Positions 12,915-25,271 of a DNA stretch of 33,317 nt are shown piece after piece. The stretch comes from Octopus sinensis (lineage: Eukaryota): the NCBI RefSeq assembly GCF_006345805.1, contig NW_021832063.1, forward strand, positions 1 through 33,317. Direction: 5' to 3'. The first letter of the stretch is position 1; each line of letters begins with the position of its first letter. A program made the position numbers and the translations under genes. The notes under the pieces were generated by a model, which saw only the letters and a program-made list of their open reading frames with translations, was not told where the DNA came from and made no database searches.

Positions 12915-12985
12915 CGTATTTATCGCTGAAGAGGTGAACATTCTTATGAATTAACCCCGAAATTGGGACCAATACGGTAATAACG
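12915..12985 (+). ncRNA. Type I hammerhead ribozyme (predicted)
   Basis: Core CTGAAGA 12926-12932; stem II closed by G12933-C12958 and G12934-C12957; GAA-A 12959-12962; stem III ATTG/CAAT with GGAC loop; cleavage triplet ATA (site after 12974); stem I TTATCG:CGGTAA, a 2x2 internal loop, then CGT:ACG. Confidence 0.75.
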
Positions 12986-13374
12986 GATTTTTTTAGAAAT
13001 TTTTATCGGCTTGTTTCGAGACGCATAAATTATAATGGTTATTGACAATTTTGTTTTTTTTCGGCATATTTGGCATTAGAATTTGTCTTTTACCCTTATT
13101 TTATAAGTTATATATATATATATATATGTGTATGTGTGTGTGTGTATGTATGTATGTAATATATATGTATACCCAAGCACACGCACACACGTATATGCGG
13201 GTGGTCAACAAACGAAAGAGATACTCATCACATTTAGTAGGAGCTACATGCCAGTTTACACGCATGTACATCCCCGCCACACACATACACACACATACAT
13301 ATACATATATATATATATAGTAAGAAGAGAGAGAGAGAGAGAGATGAGGGGGAGGACAAACGAAAGAACGTGAT

Positions 13375-13950
13375 GTGTCATTAAATTTGGAAGGAATTAC
13401 GAATGCTATTTAATAAAAGTTTGACTCAGCTCCATGCAGCTAAGCTCGTAGAATGACCACAGCTTATCAAAGATTTGAAGTAGTTCTGGCGTTCACAGGG
13501 GTGGTCCAGATAAAACGGGACATGAAAGTTTAGTTTCTCATATTATTGCGTCTGAAAGAGTACATATGCTGTGTATATCATCCCTTCAAGTTATTGGCTA
13601 CCATAGGCGTGTCGTATCTTGTTATACCATCGGATGGTGTGATGGCTGGCTCTATAGAGTCTATAGTATCGTACATAGCCTTTGAGAGACAGTATCCACT
13701 CAGTGGGCAGTTGCAGGGCGGGATGTGTATTGGAGGCTGTGTACGTTTCGCGTTTGCCGTGGCATAAGAAGCGATATTGTCTAAATAAGAGTAAGTGACC
13801 TTGGCGTTATAGGGTGTTGAAATGTTTATTATACTATAGATTCGAAGAAGGTATTTCTTAATAAGCATCAAAAAGCTGGTAGTTATGTTGATTTGAAACT
13901 TCTAGGATAAATGGAGGATCGAACCTCTCTGTCCTCTTTTATCTGGAGAT
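13375..13950 (-). mobile_element. Decayed Penelope-like element: RT thumb/linker plus GIY-YIG endonuclease
   Basis: Minus-strand translation across a frameshift and stops gives FDPPF...NITTSFLMLIKKY...KVTYSYLDNI...CNCPLSGYCL...MVANNLKG*YTQHMYSFRRNNMRN*TFMSRFIW. This follows the PLE pattern WFNPP..N...FL.LI.KHF / VKVSYSC..N / CNC..CPL.G.C / Y.G...FK.R...H..SF..N.T.LS..IW. Confidence 0.85.
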
Positions 13951-14399
13951 TCCATGGCCACCGGAATGATTTCCCCAACATGGAATACAGTAACATTGAC
14001 AGTCTCCATCCTGTAGTCAACTAGAGCTTACAATTACCAATTCTGCCACCGCTAGAGATTACACATACTCGACGAACCTGCAGTAATCTATCCATCAACA
14101 GGAGGTGTGCTATATAGATGAACTTCATGTCACTAACACCTGACACTCCAGATACACCATATTAGGCATGCCTTCTCCACACTAAAAAAAAACATAACAC
14201 TTAACCCCTGGTCACCCGTATAGACTGCTTGCTGCCCTACAAATGTTGGCAGTACAAACTGTCAAATTTTTTATCTCAGCACCCAATCTGGTCACACTCC
14301 TACAGAATGGCTGTTGTCACCCTTGCAGCACCCCGCTCTAACATGTGTCAATAAGTGCAATGAACTGATGTCGCTAAATAAACAAAACCGTAGACTCAA

Positions 14400-14660
14400 G
14401 ACATTACAGCAACTCTTCCTGCCAACCTCTAGACCACGTGACCTGAGAACAAAATTAAGGATGCCGTTTCGAGACCGATTGACGGATAGAGACCAGACAT
14501 CTAGAAGCCATCTTGAATGCATTCATTTACTGTTACTCGATCTCCAAAATGCCTGACCAGTTACGTTTTCTCTATGAGCCTATCAAAGTTGCATGGTGCC
14601 GAGTCAAACTGTTATTCAATAATACATGTAACCCTGAAATTTGTTGAGTGCCACTTTCAT
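14400..14660 (+). mobile_element. Diverged inverted partial copy of the PLE 3' region
   Basis: 14590-14621 matches the reverse complement of 13407-13438 at 28/32 nt; both translate LHGAESN; weaker similarity upstream. Confidence 0.5.
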
Positions 14661-14686
14661 TTTTGTTCTTTTACTCGGATGCACAT

Positions 14687-16740
14687 AATGGATAATGGTT
14701 GTCTTCCTCTTTCACACTGTAATTGCTGTATCAATATACCAAGCTGTTTCACTTAAATCTATTGAAAATGATAATGAAATAGCAATGTTTAAATACAGAA
14801 AATTTAACGCGTGTGTGTGCAGTCCGTATGACCGAGGAAAACCATCACCGCCCATTGCCGACGAAAATGTCCGTAATGCCTGTGGCATAAAGTTTTTGCA
14901 CCTGCGGTTCTCTACTGCAGCTTTCTTGCTCGCCACGGCTACTTCCGACTCGACGTGGCACCGGAAAGTCGCCTGTGAGGCGATCACACAAGCAAAAATT
15001 TTAGGTACAATAAGGCTTGCACACCTCACAGACCCTCTCTACCCTATTGACATGATCCAGAGACAAGCCAGACAAGATATCCAGTGACAATATGGGTCAC
15101 AGACTCAGGAGTGTAGGAGAAAAGACCCTCAAAATATCCAATGCCATTCTCTCTATATCCAGTTTTATATCGGGGTTACTTTCTGTAAGAGACATTCTTT
15201 AGCAAAAGTTGAGAGATGCTTCACTTTCAGTGGTTTTCAAGAACACCGGACACCACCTGGTTATAATTCTGAGGGCTTGAACTATTGCTAGATAGTCGTT
15301 GAACGCATACTGGATTCATCTGTTGTTCTGTCAAGTCTTATTTTCCATCATGCTGAATTTTTAGCAACCCTCCTCACCTACCAAACCTAAAAGGTGTACT
15401 CATCTGAGATCTCACAAGTGACCTAACATACTCACATACATGCATATATTGTCAAAATATATGCTACACAGCTCCATTATACAATACACGTTTGAAAATC
15501 TAATATGAAACCGGTAAAGTTTATTCCTATATTTTAAAATATATTTGAATTCTAATTATATCCTTTGCTCATTTTCAACTTCATTTCTTCTAGTCCTCTA
15601 ATTGTTCTGATTCGTGGATTAATATATTTACATACACACACACGCACACACATACACATACACACATACATACACACACACACTCATACTCACACATACA
15701 CACACACAAAAGTACAATCTATACGAAGGAAATTCAATCAGTACGGCACTTATTGAAATGTAGAGCGGAGAAGCGATCTCAAACCTAGGACTTATGATTA
15801 TGATCTGCTGAGCCACCCCACAAGAAACTAAAATAAATAGTTGAGCACTTCTCATGTTTGAGCGCAATACCCCTAATCCCAATACTTCTGTATGTTGGCG
15901 TGTATGTACTTATCTTTAAAAATCTAGTATTTATTCTATCGATTTCTGCTGAAAACCGCTAAGTAACGACGACGCAAACGTACCAACACACAAGTTGTCA
16001 AGCGGTGGTGGTGGACAGACACAGACATACATTCTGGTTTTGTTACTTGTTTCACTCATTTGACTGCGGCCATGCTGGAGCACCGCCTTAAAGGGTTTTC
16101 AGTCGAAGGAACCAACCTCAGTACTTGTTTTTAAAGTCATGTAATTATTCTATCAATCTTTTGCCGAACCGTTAAGTTACTGGGACGTAAACACACCAAC
16201 ACCAGTTATCAAACGGTAATGGGGGTCGAACACAATGATACATTTACATTTATATACACGACGAGCCTCGGGCTTCATCAGTTTCCATTTACCAAATTCA
16301 CTCATATGTCTATAGTTGAAGTCTCACGCATTCGGACTGAACCCGGAACCATGCGGTTTGGACGCAAGCTTCTTACGACCCTGCCACACTTGCACCTACA
16401 CACACACACATATGTATATGTGGTTTGTTGTGTGTGTGTGTGTATGTATCATACGCATGCCCACATATACAATTTATCTTTCTATCATTGCTTTCGTAAC
16501 GCGAAAATACTAACAATTTCTTACGATGACCTTTACTATATAACGGCTTAAAATAACTGCGATGGTTTCAAATTACGTAATACAACGAATAAAGTAAATA
16601 TCCGCATTAGCAATTGAACTAATTTTTTCTGTATTTAAACATTGCTATTTCATTATCATTTTCAATAGATTTAAGTGAGACAGCTTGGTATATTGATACA
16701 GCAATTACAGTGTGAGAGAGGAAGACACCCATTATCCATT
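14687..16740. repeat. 116-bp inverted repeat pair (14687-14802 and 16625-16740)
   Basis: Manual alignment gives 113/116 identity; spacer 1822 bp; no TSD seen. Confidence 0.9.
16043..16396 (-). mobile_element. SINE family A, old diverged copy (extra 3'-module fragment at ~15920-16030)
   Basis: Reverse complement of the 3' module and head (actgaacccggaaccatgcggtttgg). Confidence 0.8.
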
Positions 16741-16851
16741 CAAAAAGACGAAACTACTGTTAATTTAACTTAAGCATTTATTGTTTGGTTTCAAAATTGC
16801 GGCCTGGTCACTCACACGATTCCACTACAACTCAGTCGTGTGTGTGTGTGT

Positions 16852-16889
<38 letters not shown>

Positions 16890-17325
16890 GTGTGTGTGTG
16901 TGTGTGTGTGTTGTGTGTGTTTAAACGGAGGATGGATGAAGTAAGGAAAGGGAGATAAAACACTGTAGACAGTGTGCTCAATTAAATTGGTTGTGACCGT
17001 AACCTTCACATTTTTGTTCTTTCCCCCAGATAATTGTCAACAATAACGGTTTTGCACGAAAGCCTGAAGAAAGCGATGCGTTACATAACAGACTTACTAA
17101 TAGAGAAGCAACTTGTTTAGCCTGAGAGTATTCAACACGATGTCGTATTTTCAGTTACATCTTAACGCATGGGTACACTGAACAATTGACTAGAGGCCTC
17201 GTGGGTCTAGGGACACAACTATAATTTATTATGCTGTTGCTTGCTGTCAATGAATTCATAGTATAGGACCCAGTGCAATGTTTTGTCCAGGAGCCTATAA
17301 TGCTACTAAGTGTACGTATGTTACA

Positions 17326-17362
<37 letters not shown>

Positions 17363-17366
<4 letters not shown>

Positions 17367-17490
17367 CCGAAATTACTACGATGATCCGGTTCTTGACTGA
17401 AGACTGAGGGGTTCGAATGTCCTGTCCATGTTATTGTATCGTCTTCTATGATTATACGTTCTTGTCCATGTTGTATTTTTCTACATACCT
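17363..17490 (+). mobile_element. Short dispersed repeat, same family as 12342-12500
   Basis: cagccgaaattactacgatgatccggttcttgactgaagactgaggggttcgaatgtcc plus T-rich trailer. Confidence 0.6.
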
Positions 17491-17498
17491 TAATATAT

Positions 17499-17548
<50 letters not shown>

Positions 17549-17551
<3 letters not shown>

Positions 17552-17753
17552 GCAGGAGTGGGTGTGTGGTAAGTAGCTTGCTTACCAACCACATGGTTCC
17601 GGGTTCAGTCCCATTGTGTGGCACCTTGGGCAAGTGTCTTCTACTATAGCCTCGGGCCGACCAAATCCTTGTGAGTGGATTTTTTAGACGGACTGAAAGA
17701 AGCCCGTCGCATATATGTATATACACACACACACACATATATATATATATCCT

Positions 17754-17810
<57 letters not shown>

Positions 17811-18036
17811 TATATGTATATGTGTGTTATATGTTTGTGTGTCTTTGTTTGTCCACCCAACATCGCTTGACAACCGATGCTGGTGTGTTACGTACCCGTA
17901 ACTTAGCTGTTCGGCAAAAGAACCAATAGAATAAGTACTAGGCATACAAAGAATAAGTCCTGGGGTCGATTTGCTCGACTAAAGGCGGTGCTCCAGCATG
18001 GCCGCAGTCAAAAATGACTGAAACGAGTAAAAGAGT
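17549..18036 (+). mobile_element. SINE family A, full length
   Basis: Head, CORE-like segment, (TA)n spacer and 3' module all present. Confidence 0.92.
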
Positions 18037-18101
18037 ATATATATATAGTATATGTATATGGATATTATATTTATGTGTGTATATATATACATACATATAT
18101 A

Positions 18102-18531
18102 GGGGCAGGATTGGCTATGTGGTAAGTAGCTTGCTTACCAATCACATGCTTCTGGGTTCATTCCCACTGCGTGGAACCTTGGGCAAGTGCCTTCTACTAT
18201 AGCCTTGGGCCGACCAAAGCATTGTGAGGGGATTTGGTAGACGGAAACTGAAAAAAGCCCGTCATATATATGTATACATGTATATATGTATGTGTGTGTA
18301 CATATTTGTGTGTCTGTGTTTGACCCCCAACATCGCTTGACAACGGATGTTGGTGTGTTTACGTCACCGTGACTTAGAAGTTCGACAAAAGTGATCGATA
18401 GAATAAGTACTAGGCTTACAAAGAATAAGTCCTGCGGTTGATTTTGCTCGACTAAAGGCGGTGCTCCAGCATGGCCGCAGTCAAATGACTGAAACAAGTA
18501 AAAGAGTAATAGAGTAAAGAGAGTAAAAGAG
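18102..18531 (+). mobile_element. SINE family A, full length, head-to-tail after the previous copy
   Basis: Same modules; tail gtaaaagagtaatagagtaaagagagtaaaagag. Confidence 0.92.
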
Positions 18532-18779
18532 ACATTACTAGACGCTGCAAGAACGACTTTATATTTGATGCAAGGAAAGCCATCAAAATCTTGAATATTC
18601 ACGCTATATGCACGAGCCCTAATATAACTTTCACGTAATATTGGTTTTAAATTTTAGCACAAGGTCGGCAAGTTCAGTTAATGGGGATAATCGATTACAT
18701 CAACCCACGTGCTCAAAGGTACTATTTTGTCATGCCAAAAGATGGACAAAAATTTTTTTCTATTGGAAGCACAAGGCCT

Positions 18780-19109
18780 CAAATTAAGGGAAGGGATTAA
18801 GTCGATTAAACCGAAAGGATGAAAGGCAAAGTTGACCTCGGCGGAATTTGAACTCAGAATGTAGCGGCAGACGAAATATCTATTTCTTTACTACCCACAA
18901 GGGGTTAAACACAGAGGGGACAAACAAGGACAGACAAACGGATTAAGTCGATTTATTGACCCCAGTGCGCAACTGGTACTTAATTATCGACCCCGAAAGG
19001 ATGAAAGGCAAAGTCGACCTCGGCGGAATTTGGACCCAGAACGTAACGGCAGACGAAATACCGCTAAGCGTTTCGCCCGGTGTGATAACGTTTCTGCCAG
19101 CTCGCCGCC
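18780..19109 (-). mobile_element. SINE family B dimer (full monomer 18881-19109 plus 5'-truncated second unit)
   Basis: Minus strand ggcggcgagctggcagaaacg...ccgaggtcgactttgcctttcatcctttcggggtcgat...gtagtaaagaaata, continuing directly into gatatttcgtctgccgctacattctgagttcaaattccgcc. Confidence 0.88.
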
Positions 19110-19163
19110 TTTGGATTAAATATTACAATCTTTCGCCACTGTGATATTACTGTATATATATAA

Positions 19164-19440
19164 ATTGGGAGATATACCAAACACCTAAGTGAACGGCACG
19201 TGCAGAGTACCAAAGATCCCGCTTTCCACAACGAGAAATAAGGACCCAGCATTGTAACAGCTGTAGTTTCAAGGGCCCGCAACCTTTAAGCATTCTGCCA
19301 ACCACAGCGAGATGTACATGCGGAGGTTTTTCAAGGAATTCTGCACAAATTTTTATCTGAGAAATCAGATGAACCCACATCGCCGCAGGGGACATAAAGA
19401 ATAGCAACTCCGTCGAACTCGCTACTTCACCAGAAACAAT
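19164..19440 (+). mobile_element. Possible second, heavily decayed GIY-YIG (Penelope-like) fragment
   Basis: IGRYTKHLSERH resembles YIG.T.R.L.ER..EH; later AQIFI*EIR resembles EA.FI.E. Frameshifts and stops; weak. Confidence 0.3.
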
Positions 19441-19574
19441 ACAGGAAAGAAGACCGATTGCACTAAAAGGCAGTGCCCCAGCATGGCCTTTGCCTCTGAG
19501 TGAAACCATAAGAGATGAAAGATAAGGACGGACACACACAGACACACACACACGCACACATAGATAGATAGATA

Positions 19575-19679
19575 AATATATACATATATATATATGGAGA
19601 AAGAGATAAAAAGAAGATGTGCGTGTGCATGTATGTTAATATGTATATATATATATATATATAAATATAATATATATAT

Positions 19680-19760
<81 letters not shown>

Positions 19761-19985
19761 ATAAATATATATATATATATATTATATATATATATATTAT
19801 ATATATATATACACAACATACACATGAACAACTTCGAACACGTGTATATGTGTGTGTATATAATATGCATACAAGCAGTCATATGTGTGTATGCATATAT
19901 ATATATATATTATATATATATGTATGTTTATGTATTATATATATGTTTTGTGTGTGTGTGTTTGGTGTGTGTGTGCATATATATT
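19575..19985. repeat. (TA)n/(TG)n microsatellite
   Basis: Direct reading. Confidence 0.95.
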
Positions 19986-20715
19986 AAATGCACATAGATA
20001 CAACACTTGCGCATAAAATAAACATCACATACATGTGTGCATATATAATAAAGATTTAACCCATACTATACGCATCATGTGATCTCTGGTGATCTAATTT
20101 GGCAACTACGAATAAAAGGTTATTCCTAACTAGAATGTAATATGGTAATCGGGTGTAAACATGCCCGACCATTCCACTTGGATTTTGCTGTCTCCAAAAC
20201 CCAGTTGCATCCTTTAATAGAATTATTTATCCAATGGCTTGAAAATTGTTGAATCAGTATGCAGACTTCCTGTCTGTAGAATATTTTAAAGGACCACTAA
20301 TTCAAGACACGATTGCGTTGAGTCACATTTTATCTGGATAATACTTGAAGTCAAGCCAAAGAATGAGAGAGTGAGTAATTTATACAGACGATCGACCAGC
20401 TAGAAACGTCAGCCAAGTCTCTCTGTAGTCACAATGCATATCTACACACACCACACACACACACACACACCACACACACACACACACACACACGTATATA
20501 TGTGCGTGTTCAATTGGTTGTTTCTATTTCAAATTATAATAACAATTTTACACTAAACTGAAGGATTACTCGATATTATTTCTTGAGTGTGAATTTATTA
20601 TTCTTTACCAAAGATAGACAGACCGATGGAAGCTTCTTAGCATGCTGAAAAACTTCGAAGTCACTGCCAACACTATTCCCGCTAAAGAATTATACATGCA
20701 TAGTCATATGTACGC

Positions 20716-21123
20716 GGCGAGCTGGCAGAAACGTTAGCACGCCGGGCGAAATGCTTAGCGGTATTTCGTCTGCCACTACGTTCTGAGTTCAAATTCTGCC
20801 AAGGTCGACTTTGCCTTATATATTTCGGGGTCGATAAATTAAGTACCATTTACGCACTGGGGTCGATATAATCAACTTAATCCGTTTGTGTGTCCTTGTT
20901 TGTCCCCTCTTGTTTAACCCCTTGTGGGTAGTAAAGAAACAGAAATAGGTATTCGTCTGTCGTACGTTCTGAGTTCAAACTCCGCCGAGGTCGACTTTAC
21001 CTTCATCCTTTCGGTGTCGATAAATAAAGTACCAGTTTCGCACTGGGTCGATGTAATCGACTTAATCCCTTTGTCTGTCCTTGTTTGTCGCCTCTATGTT
21101 TAGCCCCTTGTGGTCAATAAAGA
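20716..21123 (+). mobile_element. SINE family B dimer with a single 25-bp TSD
   Basis: tRNA-like head (A-box-like gagctggcagaa, B-box gagttcaaattc); second unit starts at gtattcgtctg; AATTATACATGCATAGTCATATGTA duplicated at 20688-20712 and 21124-21148. Confidence 0.93.
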
Positions 21124-21329
21124 AATTATACATGCATAGTCATATGTATACTGTATATGTGCATGTCTGTTTGTACTTGTATCATGTATGTATAAAAAAA
21201 TACATTTTGTCAGGAAAAAAACAAAAACGTGGTGAATTTGCAATAGTTTTAAATAAAAGTTCGCATCTGGATTTAGAAACGAACTCGTCTTAACCGTCAA
21301 CAAGAACTTGCGCTTCTATGAAACTATAA

Positions 21330-22860
21330 GCGAATGTCTAAACAATCATTCGACCTTTGTTACATGATGAAGACGCAGCTCTAAAGGTTGGTACGCTTAG
21401 GTGACGAAGCATTTCCTCATCTATTTCTGAAACTGGGCCTAAATATATTCTTTTGCTATCCTCACTTTTGACTGATGGTACTCTGAAAATGGGATTTATT
21501 GTTCTTTTTAGTTGTTGATTGGTTGAGTGAGTTTCAATATTTTCGCTTTTATTGTTTTTGCTTTATATTTTCAGTTCTTCGTGGAATCCAGATCTAAAGT
21601 GCGTTCTATTTTAACTAATATACCAGCTAGGTTTTCTGTCCTGTATCATCAACCCCCAAATATTTTGTTTTTGGAGCCTTCTACTGAACATAGTTCTGAT
21701 ATGTCCCTATGGCCATCGGACATCATTAGGATTTACAGGTCCATTTTGACATCCTCTGATCACATGTCAACCATCTTTAAGTCTGCTTTCACTATTCTCC
21801 CATACTGCGACACAAAAATCGCTACTAACCATGGGAGGTCCACGTCAGCCAATATTTCTTAATGTGAATCGTCAAAGTATCAGATGCTCTCTGACAGATT
21901 TATGGTCAAACCTGTGGTAGTGGAGATCTCCGGCGTTATTGGCCTTCCAACTACATCCCTCTCACTGCTATCGGTGCAGACACAGTTATTTGCAAGTGCG
22001 AGTACCGTGGCTCAGAATGGTTATTCCAGTGCGTCTCTATCACCATCCTCCGAGAAACGTCTTTTCCATTTTGTCCGCCGGTACATAAGGCAGACGACTT
22101 GGCAGAATCGTTAGCACGCCGGGCGAAATGCGTAGCCGTATTTCGTCTGCCGTTAAGTTCTGAGTTCAAATTCCGCCGGGGTCGACTTTGCCTTTCATCC
22201 TTTCAGGGGTCGATAAATTAAGTACCAGTTACGCACTGGGGTCGGTATAATCGATTTAATCCGTTTGTCTGTCCTTGTTTGTACCCTCTGTGTTTAGCCC
22301 CTTGTGGGTAGTAAAGAAATAGGTACATAAGGCAGACTGACAAGTCTTATGTTTCTTCAATATAATAATGTCTATTAGCACAGCTATTAATGCGTCAACA
22401 TATATTGAATCTATGTTTTTGAGCCATAGATTGAACCATAGATTGAATCAGAGGTATGTTTGAGAATTTCAGCATGTATTTTCCTCGCGCTTCCAGTTTC
22501 AATGGTTCAGCAGAGAGTAAGTACCTTTCACAACGTTTGCATTTTTCAGTTAAGTTAATGTTAATTTCTCTCGATATGTCCTGGAGGGTTTTTGTAGTCG
22601 GAGTTGATGTGAGGGGAAAACATGTTATCCATTTCCGTCGTATGGTAAGCAGAGATACGGAATTTGTCTCTTCGCCTTTTTCTGGTTTTTCTCCAGTGGC
22701 AAAAGAATGTCGATGTTTCATACAAAATATTTCCCACAACATTTATCCCTTCTGGCTCTCTATCTGCTCATTTTGCACTGAAGGAAGTTTTATCTTCACA
22801 CAGCTGCTATTTGAAGGAACCGCAAGTATTTGGAATCGTCTAAGAGTTGCTACTGCTATT
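21330..22860 (-). mobile_element. Decayed LINE 5' part (probable L1/Tx1-like ORF1), interrupted by a SINE
   Basis: Minus-strand frames read as protein with scattered stops on both sides of the SINE (EARGKYMLKFSNIPL..., EILADVDLPWLVAIFVSQYGRIVK..., KRIYLGPVSEIDEEMLRHL); RRM-like pattern. Clade assignment is inference. Confidence 0.4.
22096..22321 (+). mobile_element. SINE family B monomer with 16-bp TSD
   Basis: GGTACATAAGGCAGAC at 22080-22095 and 22322-22337. Confidence 0.95.
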
Positions 22861-22958
22861 TGTAATGTTGTTGTGAGGTGGTGGTGTGACTAATGTTGTT
22901 GATGGTGATGGTGGTCGTGTAGGCGTTGTTCTTGTTGCTGGTGGTGGTGATTGCTCTT

Positions 22959-22991
<33 letters not shown>

Positions 22992-23443
22992 TTGTTACTC
23001 ACGCTACCTTTCGGATTGAGTGTTTGAGTTATTTTCTTCTAATAATTGTTCTGTATAATATTCATTTATTCTTTCTCGTGTACATTTTCTGTTGTGTGTT
23101 TTTGATTTTGTGTTCCTTATTTAGCTATTGTAGTGTTTTGTCGTCTGTCATAATTGTGTGCAGTAGCCATTTTAGACATGGAAATGGTAATGTGTGGAAA
23201 CAGAATTTTAAAAAAGTTTGCGGAGCACCTTGTTTACTGTTATCTTTTCCCGAGAATCGATGGTTGATCCTGTTTTATGGGTCATGAGCGCTCCAAAGAA
23301 AATTTCATTTGATAATACTTGAACACAATATGTTTCGAAAGAAGAATCAAAATGACATCTTCACATTATGTGAGTCAAATAATAATAATAATAATGAAGA
23401 TGATGATGACGACGACGACGACGATGATGATGATGATGATGAT

Positions 23444-24764
23444 ACTACGAAAGAAAAACTAAGAGAGGAGTATAACAGGAGAGTAAGACTCATACGAAAA
23501 ACTGAACTCATCTCCAAAATTCGCATCGAGGCCATTAACACCCTGGCACTTCTAGTAATCCAATACAGTTTTAACATCATTAACTGGAATCTTGCCGAGT
23601 TCCAACGCCTGGAGAGGAAAACAACAAAATTACTAACATCTAAGAACATGCACCACCCAGAAGCACAATCAAAGCAGCAAAAAAATCACATTCTATTGTC
23701 AAGGAAGCTTGCAAATTTGCAAGGGAACTTGCATTAACACTGAGATAGATGAAGACCCTGAAACCACTGACTGCCACACGACAAGCAAAATGGATCAAGC
23801 AGACTGCAAGAAAGAACGGACAGAAACAAATTGAGGAGCGGTGAAGCTAGAATCCTCTGCATGGACAGTATGTACTTCGAAGTCGATATGCTGATGTAGA
23901 CCAAGCAACAACCTATCAGTGGCTGAGAAGTTCAGGAATTAAAGCAGAGACGAAAGGTTTCATATTGCTAGCACAAGATCAATGCTTGTTTACAAAAAAC
24001 TACCAGGTTAACGTTCTTCAAAACGGTTCTGACCCTAAATGCAGGTTTTGCGACACACTTGACGAAACAGTAAACCATCTCGTCTTGGGAAGTCCTGTGA
24101 TGACACCAAACGAATACAAAAAGCGCCACGATAGGGTAGGACAGTATTTGCATTGGAAAATATGTAAATACTACATATTTTCAGCACTCCTACTTACTGG
24201 TAAGAACATCATCCTGAGCCAGTCGTAGAAGGTAAAAATGTCACAATCCTTTGGGATTTTCCAGTCAACACCGACAGAACGATCCAAGCTAATTGATCAG
24301 ACATAATTATTAAAGACAGTGAAGAAAAGACTTGTACGCCAATAGGTGTAAGTGTTCCCACTGATAAAAATATATCTGTAAAGGGATTTGACAAACTAAG
24401 TAAATATAAAGGCCTGTAAATTGAAACACAAAAGATGTGGCATCTTAAAACGAGAACTGTTCCTGTTATTGTAAGTACCCTAGATATGACAAAAAAGGGA
24501 TGTCAGAAACATCTAGATAAATCCCAGAAGAACCATGTCACAGAGAAATCCAAAAGATTGTGCTGACAAGTACCGCCCACATCTTTAGAAAGCCCCTATC
24601 CGTTTAAATGCATGTGTTGTATTATATGAAGGTATTTCGCTACTTCCCCTCTCCAAGCTTTCGGTCATACTGGAGCATCTCTTATACTTTACCTACCCCA
24701 GGACACTGGGTGTGTCTCGGCAAGTGACTGTAACAAAGGCTCAGATTAAAAGTAAAAAAAAATT
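23444..24764 (+). mobile_element. 5'-truncated, decayed R4/Dong-clade retrotransposon (RT C-terminus, CCHC knuckle, restriction-like endonuclease)
   Basis: KEKLREEYNRRVRLIRKTEL...INTLA..YSFNIINW...LERKTTKLL..MHHP; CRFC..DETVNHLVLGS...KRHDRVGQYLHW; ILWDFPVNTDRTIQAN*SDIII...GVSVP...KLSKYKGL...MWHLKT..VPVIV. Stops, frameshifts and a degraded PD-(D/E)xK motif. Flanked by (AAT)/(GAT) tracts. Confidence 0.92.

Positions 24765-25270
<506 letters not shown>

Positions 25271-25271
<1 letters not shown>

Noticed and set aside
23309-23737. ORF with poly-N/poly-D fused to an RT-like segment
   Set aside because: Chance in-frame join of a microsatellite to a truncated, dead R4/Dong fragment; no evidence of a domesticated gene.
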